14,831 bases of DNA, taken from NCBI GenBank assembly GCA_046583315.1, contig JAYGCN010000003.1:1-14831 (forward strand), read 5' to 3'. The translations under genes and the position numbers were made by a program. Under the pieces are notes generated by a model. The model was not told the DNA's origin, did not search any database, and saw only the letters and a list, made by a program, of their open reading frames with translations. The DNA comes from Candidatus Hydrogenedentota bacterium. GTDB lineage: Bacteria; Hydrogenedentota; Hydrogenedentia; Hydrogenedentales; GCA-2746185. Below, in pieces: positions 8,067-14,831 of this stretch. Each line of letters begins with the position of its first letter. Within the stretch, counting starts at the first letter, position 1.

Positions 8067-8999
8067 TTAGCGTCCGAGAAAGCGGACGACTTGGTCTGGA
8101 AAGTCGGTGAAAACACCGTCAACTTTGTAGGTGTTGTAAAAGGTATCGAGTTCCTTTTCAAAGGAGTCGTATTTTCTTTTTGAGTAGGCGTCTGCACGAA
8201 AGGTGTAGGGGTGAACCTTGAGTCCGCGTGCGTGCGCTTCCTTGACGATGTTGGGATCGCGTTCGACGAGTGATTTTGATGGGCCGATGCCGTTTACGAA
8301 AGTGGCGAGGTCGTCGAGGCCTTTTTTGTCAAGCAGGGAGGCATCGCCCATGACCATGATGAGGGGGAGCTTTGAATTGAATTCGTTGCGAATCTTGCGC
8401 AGCGAATCGATTTCGAAACTCTGGATAAACACTTTCGCGTCGGATCCTTCGTAGCCATATTCTGTGAGAATCGAGAGCAAGGCTGCTTCGACGGGATGAC
8501 CTTCCTTGGCGTGAAATGCAGGACCTTTGAGCTCTGGATAAATTCCTGCTTCCCGACCCGTCGTTTGGTTCAGGCCTTGCACGAGTTCGATCATCTCGCG
8601 GAAAGTGGGGATTTCGAAATTCGATTTGCCTAGGGGAAAACGGTCATCGAGGCGTTCGTGGTTGCGCAGGGTTTTGATTTCGGCAAGGGTAAAATCGATG
8701 GGGTACCAGCTTCCGTCTTTGCGATGCCTGTCAGGGAAGACTTCTTCGACGTTGGTGGTGCCTTCCAGATGGATGTCGTGCAGGCAGATGAACACGTTGT
8801 CCTTGGTGAGCACGAGGTCGGGTTCGATGTAGTCCGCACCCATGATGTGGGCGGCGGTGTAGGCTTCCAGGGTGTGTTCGGGCAGGTATCCGCTGGCACC
8901 TCGATGGGCGATGACGATGGGGTCTTGGGCTAAGGACGTGTTCGTGCTTAAGACGAGGGCGCATGCGATTAACGCGCGAATAGTTAAGTGCTTTAGCAT
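8067..8999 (-). CDS. glpQ: Secreted/periplasmic glycerophosphodiester phosphodiesterase
   Basis: Signal peptide MLKHLTIRALIACALVLSTNTSLA. GlpQ-like motifs IAHRGASGYLPEHT, ADYIEPDLVLTKD..CLHD, GIYPELK, IQSF, VHPYTFR, VDGVFTDFPD. Confidence 0.9.
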   Translation of the reverse strand: MLKHLTIRALIACALVLSTNTSLAQDPIVIAHRGASGYLPEHTLEAYTAAHIMGADYIEPDLVLTKDNVFICLHDIHLEGTTNVEEVFPDRHRKDGSWYPIDFTLAEIKTLRNHERLDDRFPLGKSNFEIPTFREMIELVQGLNQTTGREAGIYPELKGPAFHAKEGHPVEAALLSILTEYGYEGSDAKVFIQSFEIDSLRKIRNEFNSKLPLIMVMGDASLLDKKGLDDLATFVNGIGPSKSLVERDPNIVKEAHARGLKVHPYTFRADAYSKRKYDSFEKELDTFYNTYKVDGVFTDFPDQVVRFLGR

Positions 9000-9113
9000 T
9001 CAGCTCAATCCTGTCAACTTCACGGTTCAATAAATGAATTTTGCAGCCCGAACATTGTACTACCTGAATCAGCCGAATTCCAAGATTGTTGGCCAAGTTT
9101 TTAGCTTGTGGGG

Positions 9114-9503
9114 CTATTTCAGGCGTTGAATCAGGTCTTCCAACTCGTCTTTCCACACATCCAGGTCGTCTTCTTCTTCCCAGAGATTGCGCAATCCCGA
9201 ATCGGAGAGCATCGCCTCAGTGGCCTGGATGGATTTGTCTCTCAGGGATTCGGTGAGCGTGGGATGTTCTTTAATCCAGGCCGTGACTTCATCGGGAACG
9301 GATTCTGATGGGGCTTTGTGGAGCGCGGCTACGACTTCTGCCGCAGCCAGCGCTTCACAACAATCCATTTCTGCGGCAACCGAAACATTCAAGACGGACA
9401 AGAAGGCCGTCTCAAGCACGGTGTGATCCTTGGCATCCTCGAGATCGTGGACCCAATGTACCGCCGTGTCGTTTTCAAATGCTCCGAATCCCCACACGCC
9501 CAT
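9114..9503 (-). CDS. DUF4259 family small acidic protein
   Basis: N-terminal signature MGVWGFGAFENDTAVHW, ALAAAEVVAA, and C-terminal SGLRNLWEE...W...LEDLIQRL. AGGAG RBS (9511-9515) overlaps the aldehyde dehydrogenase stop codon. Confidence 0.82.
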   Translation of the reverse strand: MGVWGFGAFENDTAVHWVHDLEDAKDHTVLETAFLSVLNVSVAAEMDCCEALAAAEVVAALHKAPSESVPDEVTAWIKEHPTLTESLRDKSIQATEAMLSDSGLRNLWEEEDDLDVWKDELEDLIQRLK

Positions 9504-9513
9504 GGAAAATCTC

Positions 9514-10932
9514 CTACAATTGAAGCGACTTTACGATCAGAAATTCTTCGAGGCCGTATTTGCCCATCTCGCGACCGTTTCCAGACTGCTTGTATCCACC
9601 GAATGGTGCGAGTGGATTATACGCACCACCGTTGATGTCGACTTGTCCGGTGCGCATGCGCCGTGCGACGCTTTTGGCGTGGTCCACATCTCCGGACCAT
9701 ACGCCGCCCGCCAGGCCGTACACGCTATCATTGGCGATGCGTATGGCATCTTCTTCGTCTTCGTAAGGAATGATACTCAGCACTGGCCCGAAAATTTCTT
9801 CCTGGGCGATGGCCATGTCGTTGGATACGTTTCCGAACACTGTGGGGCGCACATAATATCCTTTTTCGAGGCCATCGGGTGCTTCGGGGCCACCAGTAAC
9901 GAGCGTTGCGCCTTCGTCGATTCCTTTTTGAATGTATCCACGCACACGGTCGCGTTGCACTTCGGAAATCAGCGGTCCAAGCATGTTGTTGCCGTCGTAG
10001 GGATCACCTTGGCTAAAGGATTCGGCTGTTTCTTTTGCGATGGCACAGGCTTCATCGTGTTTTGCTTTGGGTACGAGCATGCGGGTGTGCGCTGAACAGG
10101 TCTGGCCGCAGTTGAAGTAGCTGTTGTTGACTCCTGCTTTCACGGCTTTCTCCAGGTCCGCGTCATCGAGGATGATGTTTGCCGATTTGCCGCCGAGTTC
10201 GAGAGCCACACGTTTGATGGTGCCAGCGGCCAGTTCAGTAACCCGTTTACCCGCGCGTGTGGAGCCAGTGAAGGAAACCATATCGATGTCGGGGTGTGAG
10301 GCGATGGCTTCACCGACGACGGGACCGGTTCCGTTGACCAAGTTGAATACGCCAGCGGGCAGATCGGACGCGTCAATGATTTCGGCGAGAATGAAGGAGG
10401 TGAGTGGCGCGACTTCGGTTGGTTTCAGGACGATGGTGCAACCCGCGGCGATGGCCCCGGCGACCTTGGCGACGATTTGGTGCAGGGGAAAGTTCCACGG
10501 CGTGATGCAACCGACTACGCCGATGGGTTCTTTGACGACGAGTGAGTTTCCGATTTCTTCTTCCCACACGGCATTTTTTACGATTTCGGCGTAACTTCCC
10601 ATGATGGCAACCGGGAGACCGGCCTGAATATTCTTGGCCAGTTTGATCGGCATACCGACTTCTCCGGCGATGCTTTCGGCGATTTCGTCCATACGCACGG
10701 CGAGTCCAGCGGACAAACTGGCGATAATGGCGGAGCGCTCTTCGACGGTTGATTGCGACCAGGATTCGAAGGCGTCTTTCGCGGCGGCTACGGCACGGTC
10801 CACGTCTTCTGCGGTACCCAGGGGTACGCGACCGATGACTTTTTCGGTGGAGGCGCTAATCACGTCGATGGTGTCCGAGCCTGTAGGGTTGACCCACAGA
10901 CCGCCGATATAATGTTTATCTTTTACGTTCAT
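9514..10932 (-). CDS. NAD(P)-dependent aldehyde dehydrogenase (472 aa)
   Basis: Start re-assigned to ATG 10932 (GGAG at 10944-10947). Motifs [22 protein letters not shown] (catalytic Glu), NCGQTCSA (catalytic Cys), [20 protein letters not shown]. Confidence 0.95.
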   Translation of the reverse strand: MNVKDKHYIGGLWVNPTGSDTIDVISASTEKVIGRVPLGTAEDVDRAVAAAKDAFESWSQSTVEERSAIIASLSAGLAVRMDEIAESIAGEVGMPIKLAKNIQAGLPVAIMGSYAEIVKNAVWEEEIGNSLVVKEPIGVVGCITPWNFPLHQIVAKVAGAIAAGCTIVLKPTEVAPLTSFILAEIIDASDLPAGVFNLVNGTGPVVGEAIASHPDIDMVSFTGSTRAGKRVTELAAGTIKRVALELGGKSANIILDDADLEKAVKAGVNNSYFNCGQTCSAHTRMLVPKAKHDEACAIAKETAESFSQGDPYDGNNMLGPLISEVQRDRVRGYIQKGIDEGATLVTGGPEAPDGLEKGYYVRPTVFGNVSNDMAIAQEEIFGPVLSIIPYEDEEDAIRIANDSVYGLAGGVWSGDVDHAKSVARRMRTGQVDINGGAYNPLAPFGGYKQSGNGREMGKYGLEEFLIVKSLQL

Positions 10933-10991
10933 GTCTGGTGTTACTCCAATATATGTATAGTTCAACGGTTAATCGTTTGGAATTGCTTCGT

Positions 10992-11020
10992 ATTCTACCC
11001 ACCGATAGCGTGATTGTAAA
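10992..11020 (-). promoter_or_regulatory. Putative sigma70 promoter for the aldehyde dehydrogenase gene and downstream genes
   Basis: Minus strand TTTACA (11020-11015), 17-bp spacer, TAGAAT (10997-10992). Confidence 0.55.
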
Positions 11021-11044
11021 GGAAGTTGTCAATCGGGAGATCGG

Positions 11045-11701
11045 CTAGAAAAGGCGGAATTCTTCGTATCCGGCCCAGGCCATCTCGGGGGGCACACCCA
11101 GTATCCTGGTCACGAACATGACGCTTCCCCACAACAGTTTGTTAAATCCGTCCACGTAGAATATCAGCACGAACAAGCCGATAAAGGCCATATTGCTGTA
11201 TCGGTAGATCTTTTGGCGGAGCAGCTCATCCATCCAGGCCGATAATGCGCCGAATCCATCGAGGCCAGGTACAGGCAACATATTGAGAATCACGGCAAAG
11301 ACCTGGAGCATGACGAGGAATGCGATTGCGTTCCAAAGTGGATTCTCGGTGGTGAACTCTACAAAACCCAGTGAGAAGGGTAAGGAGAGCAGGATGGCGA
11401 GACCCAGATTGGACAGGGGGCCGGCTAAGGAAACAAGGCAATCCCAGCCGCGGCTACGCAGGAGGTGGCGTTCGATGTAGACGCAGCCCCCTGGTAATCC
11501 GATACCGCCAATGAGGAGAAAGAATAAGGGCAGGCCGATGCTGAGTCCCGGATGCATGAACTTTAGGGGATTGAAGGAGAGGTAGCCTTTGTCCTTGACC
11601 GTGTAGTCGCCGCCTTGGTAGGCCACGATGGCGTGGGAGAATTCATGTACGCACAATGAAAACACCCATGCGCCGAATACGAATACGAAAGTGAAGGTCA
11701 T
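11045..11701 (-). CDS. Site-2 protease, peptidase M50 family membrane zinc metalloprotease
   Basis: HEFSH (HExxH) zinc motif, GDYT..KGYLSFNP, VSLAGPLSN, NMLPVPGLDG (NxxPxxxLDG). Hydrophobic, 218 aa. AAGGA RBS upstream. Confidence 0.92.
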   Translation of the reverse strand: MTFTFVFVFGAWVFSLCVHEFSHAIVAYQGGDYTVKDKGYLSFNPLKFMHPGLSIGLPLFFLLIGGIGLPGGCVYIERHLLRSRGWDCLVSLAGPLSNLGLAILLSLPFSLGFVEFTTENPLWNAIAFLVMLQVFAVILNMLPVPGLDGFGALSAWMDELLRQKIYRYSNMAFIGLFVLIFYVDGFNKLLWGSVMFVTRILGVPPEMAWAGYEEFRLF

Positions 11702-11794
11702 TCTTGTTCCTTTTTACGGAGATTTACTGCAACCGGGATGCACAAGATTAGCAGACTTTGATATCCTGTCCAAAATTATTCAGAGGATTCGCAG

Positions 11795-12817
11795 GTGCAA
11801 ATCGAACGTGTACAACGTCTAATCTATAAATTCCCGTCGCAACGTATTGCGGTCGTGGGTGATCTTATGCTGGATCGCTATATCTGGGGATCGGCGTCGC
11901 GTATTTCACAGGAAGCGCCCGTACCGGTCGTCGCTGTCAATCGTCAAACGGCGGCACCCGGCGGTGCAGCGAATGTCCTGCGCAACCTATCGAGCCTTGG
12001 TGCTCAACCCCTGGCCTTCGGTGTGATTGGACAGGATGCTGCGGGTGACGAGTTGGTGAGCCTGCTCAAGGAGCAACGCGTTGATACGTCGGGTATATTG
12101 CGAAGTGCAACCCGGCTCACGTCGGAGAAAACACGCATCATCGCTGAGCACCAACAGGTCGTGCGCGTGGACAATGAGCGAATCGAAGCCATTGCTGATG
12201 CAGATCGGGCGACCCTAATCGCAAGCCTTCGTTCGGCAGTAAATGATGGTCGCATTGGCTCTATCATTATTGAGGATTACGCCAAGGGAATGGTGTCCAC
12301 CGAACTCCTTTCGGAGGTTACAGCGTTGGGCAAGGAGCAAGACATACCGGTCGCGCTGGATCCGCATCCCGGGAATCACGCTACTGCAACCGGCCTGACG
12401 GTGATGACGCCGAATCGCGCGGAGGCGTTTGCGATGGCAGGTGTGTATCCACGTCCTTCGGTATTACCCGTTGAAGACGACACGGCACTTCTTGACGTCG
12501 TGGGCCAACTTCAGGATACCTGGGACCCAAAATATTTGATGATTACGCTCGGGGCACATGGAATGGCTCTGTTTCAGAACGATCACCCCGTTCACCATAT
12601 ACCGACGCAGGCGCGCGAAGTGTTTGACGTATCGGGGGCGGGGGACACGGTTATCGCATCGTTCATGTTGAGTGTGCTCGCAGGAGCATCACCTGCCGAG
12701 GCCGCGGCGATCTCAAATCACGCGGCAGGTGTTGTGGTGGCCAAGGTAGGTACGGCGACTGTGACGCGTGAGGAATTGATGGACGCTTTTGAACACGATG
12801 AGCATGAGTTGTCATGA
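11795..12817 (+). CDS. rfaE1: D-glycero-beta-D-manno-heptose-7-phosphate kinase (stand-alone RfaE/HldE domain I, HldA)
   Basis: GTG start after GAGGA. Motifs VVGDLMLDRYIWG..RISQEAPVPVV, GGAANV, KTRI...QQVVRVD, DYAKG, TPNRAEA, and PfkB signature VFDVSGAGDT. No C-terminal nucleotidyltransferase domain. Confidence 0.9.
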   Translation: MQIERVQRLIYKFPSQRIAVVGDLMLDRYIWGSASRISQEAPVPVVAVNRQTAAPGGAANVLRNLSSLGAQPLAFGVIGQDAAGDELVSLLKEQRVDTSGILRSATRLTSEKTRIIAEHQQVVRVDNERIEAIADADRATLIASLRSAVNDGRIGSIIIEDYAKGMVSTELLSEVTALGKEQDIPVALDPHPGNHATATGLTVMTPNRAEAFAMAGVYPRPSVLPVEDDTALLDVVGQLQDTWDPKYLMITLGAHGMALFQNDHPVHHIPTQAREVFDVSGAGDTVIASFMLSVLAGASPAEAAAISNHAAGVVVAKVGTATVTREELMDAFEHDEHELS

Positions 12818-13323
12818 ACAAGGGCCTGTTTCTTGATCGCGACGGAACGGTTATTGAGCACGTTCACTATTTGAAAAATGCGGATGACGTACGTCTCGTT
12901 GATCGGTGTGCTGAACTGTTGACGCGTGCTCGGGAAGCGGGATACTTGTTGATCATCGTAAGTAACCAGTCTGTGGTGGGGCGCGGTATGGGAAGCGCAG
13001 AAGAAGTGAAAGCGTGTAATGCGCGAATGGAGGAGCTGCTTCGGGAGCAAGGCGTCAAACTTGATCGCGTTGCCTATTGTCCGCATGCACCTGAAGATGA
13101 TTGCATTTGTCGTAAACCGAAACCGGGTATGTTATTGGATGCCGCGACGGAGCTGGATATTGATCTCACTCAGTCGGTGATGATAGGGGACAACGTCACG
13201 GACATCGAAGCGGGTGAAAACGCCGGATGCCGATTGTCGCTTTACCTGAATTCGCGTGAGCACATCAATATTCAGCCTGCCTTCGACTCTCTCGCCGAGG
13301 CCATCGAATATATGCTGGAATAG
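12814..13323 (+). CDS. gmhB: D,D-heptose 1,7-bisphosphate phosphatase (HAD IIIA)
   Basis: FLDRDGTV, SNQS, zinc motif CPH..DDCICRKPKPGM, MIGD..TD. ATGA overlap with the heptose kinase stop codon. Confidence 0.9.
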   Translation: MNKGLFLDRDGTVIEHVHYLKNADDVRLVDRCAELLTRAREAGYLLIIVSNQSVVGRGMGSAEEVKACNARMEELLREQGVKLDRVAYCPHAPEDDCICRKPKPGMLLDAATELDIDLTQSVMIGDNVTDIEAGENAGCRLSLYLNSREHINIQPAFDSLAEAIEYMLE

Positions 13324-13333
13324 AAACTTCTGG

Positions 13334-14830
13334 CTAGGGATGTCGTTCGTCCAATACCTGCGCCGGGCCGGCGTGATCGGGGAGTCGAAGGGACTCTACG
13401 ATGTCCTGGACCTCCTGGGGCGGTGGCGGTGTCACGGCGCTTACGCCGATTGTGGTGACGAAGTTGAGGATCATACCGATGGCTCCGATGCCTTCGGCAG
13501 AAATCCCGAAGCACCATAGCGACATGCCGAAAAATTTCACGCCGATGATGTAGCTGGAGGTAAAGATGATTCCGACGAGCATGCCTGCGATGGCGCCTTC
13601 GCGATTGGCTCGTTTACTGAAGATGCCGAGCAAGATAATCGGGAAGAAACTGGACGCGGCGAGTCCGAAGGCGAATGCAACGACTTGTCCAACGAAGCCG
13701 GGGGGATTTACGCCGAAGTAACCGGCGACGACGACTGCTACCAGAACCATGATGCGACCTACGAGTACGCGCTTTGCTTCGGTTGCTTCGGGGTTGATAA
13801 GGCGAAAGTAGATATCGTGTGCCAGTGAGCTGGAGATGACGAGCAAGAGACCCGCCGCGGTGGACAGGGCTGCAGCCAATCCGCCTGCGGCCACCAACGC
13901 GATGACCCAGGGGGCCAGGCCTGCTACTTCGGGCGTTGACAGGACGATGATATCCTTGTCGATGATCACTTCATTGATTTCGGAATCCGCTGACATCTGC
14001 AGAACGCCATCGTTGTTCTTGTCCTCGAAACTCAGGAGGCCCGTTTTCTGCCATTCCTGCGTCCACGATAGATCCATGGAGTCTCCACTGGTGGTGTTCT
14101 TTGATAATTCATAGATCGTCGCGTCTGTGTCGTTTTCTGTCTCAGTGACGCTTATGTCAGCACCATGTAACGAGGTGATCAGATTGTATCGCGCAAATGC
14201 GGCCAGCGCAGGCGCGGTGGTATACAACAACGCGATAAAGACGATGGCCCACACGGCCGAGTATCGTGCAGCGCGTACGTTGGGCACGGTGTAGAAGCGG
14301 ACGATGACGTGGGGCAGACCTGCAGTACCGACCATGAGTGCGACGGTAATGCAGAAGATGTCGATCATGGATTTGCCCTGGAAAGGTTTTGTGTATTCGG
14401 TGAAACCTAGATCGACCTGAATTTGGTTGAGACGCTCGACGATGTCGCTTGTGGTAAAGGCGAGTTGGGGGATGGGGTTCCCTGTTAATTTCAACGCGAT
14501 GGCGGATGCGGGTAACAGGAAGGCAATGATCAATACGAAATACTGGGCGACTTGCGTCCAGGTGATGCCTTTCATGCCACCGAGTACCGCAAAAAAGGCG
14601 ACGATGGCCATGCCGATCATGACCCCGATTTCAATGTCCACTTGCAAGAAGCGGCTGAATACGATGCCCACTCCGCGCATTTGGCCGGCGACATAGGTTA
14701 ACGATACGAATACGGCACAGATGACGGCGACGATTCGTGCGACATCGGAATAGTAACGAGTCCCGACGAAATCGGGGACCGTGTATTGGCCGAATTTACG
14801 TAGGTAGGGGGCCAACAGGAGAGCGAGTAA
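13334..14830 (-). CDS. Sodium:solute symporter, cation/acetate (ActP-like, VC_2705 subfamily), 5'-truncated by the window edge
   Basis: The frame is open to the window end (LLALLLAPYLRKFGQYTVPDF). Motifs YVAGQMRGVG, GGMKGITWTQVAQY, GTAGLPHVIVRFYTV, AAALSTAAGLLL, VAFAFGLAASSFFP. Confidence 0.92.
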   Translation of the reverse strand, partial: LLALLLAPYLRKFGQYTVPDFVGTRYYSDVARIVAVICAVFVSLTYVAGQMRGVGIVFSRFLQVDIEIGVMIGMAIVAFFAVLGGMKGITWTQVAQYFVLIIAFLLPASAIALKLTGNPIPQLAFTTSDIVERLNQIQVDLGFTEYTKPFQGKSMIDIFCITVALMVGTAGLPHVIVRFYTVPNVRAARYSAVWAIVFIALLYTTAPALAAFARYNLITSLHGADISVTETENDTDATIYELSKNTTSGDSMDLSWTQEWQKTGLLSFEDKNNDGVLQMSADSEINEVIIDKDIIVLSTPEVAGLAPWVIALVAAGGLAAALSTAAGLLLVISSSLAHDIYFRLINPEATEAKRVLVGRIMVLVAVVVAGYFGVNPPGFVGQVVAFAFGLAASSFFPIILLGIFSKRANREGAIAGMLVGIIFTSSYIIGVKFFGMSLWCFGISAEGIGAIGMILNFVTTIGVSAVTPPPPQEVQDIVESLRLPDHAGPAQVLDERHP

Positions 14831-14831
14831 A

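Noticed and set aside
9054..9083. Possible internal promoter for glpQ (TTGGAA-N18-TACAAT, minus strand)
   Set aside because: Plausible in a 114-bp gap, but the match is weak and could be chance; not enough to call.
9430..10095. 221-aa plus-strand ORF antisense to ALDH
   Set aside because: Antisense ORFs commonly shadow aldehyde dehydrogenase genes; no separate coding evidence.
10933..10965. Upstream TTG start for ALDH in the ORF track
   Set aside because: The extension covers the GGAG RBS; ATG 10932 gives a typical family N-terminus.
11702..11794. Divergent promoter candidates between the M50 protease and heptose kinase genes (for example minus strand TTGGAC-N17-TAATCT)
   Set aside because: Promoters should be present here, but the matches are too degenerate to place.
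1..14831. CRISPR arrays, tRNA/rRNA, riboswitches, IS/integrase, phage, toxin-antitoxin or defence genes
   Set aside because: No spaced repeats, terminal inverted repeats or relevant protein motifs are seen. All intergenic gaps are under about 150 bp and are accounted for by promoter, RBS or terminator signals.

Overview
Gene-dense bacterial chromosomal segment of moderate GC content, carrying 15 protein-coding genes; the first and last are cut by the window edges. Left to right: AI-2E transporter (+), secreted alpha/beta hydrolase (+), and an intrinsic terminator. A lipid/acyl-CoA catabolism cluster follows, almost entirely on the minus strand: MFE-2-type SDR, DUF1697 protein, LCAD-type acyl-CoA dehydrogenase, a single plus-strand TetR regulator, long FadE/VLCAD-type acyl-CoA dehydrogenase, non-canonical crotonase, secreted GlpQ-like phosphodiesterase, DUF4259 protein, aldehyde dehydrogenase and an M50 site-2 protease. 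Then come an rfaE1(hldA)-gmhB ADP-heptose pair (+) and a convergent sodium:solute symporter (-). I see no RNA genes, mobile elements, CRISPR arrays or defence systems, and nothing I can honestly call a new system. The most interesting signals are regulatory and architectural: face-to-face near-consensus promoters with candidate TetR operators at 4725-4811, a possible non-contiguous operon reading through tetR, and an unusual mix of beta-oxidation enzyme subtypes. All family calls come from motif recognition, not database searches.
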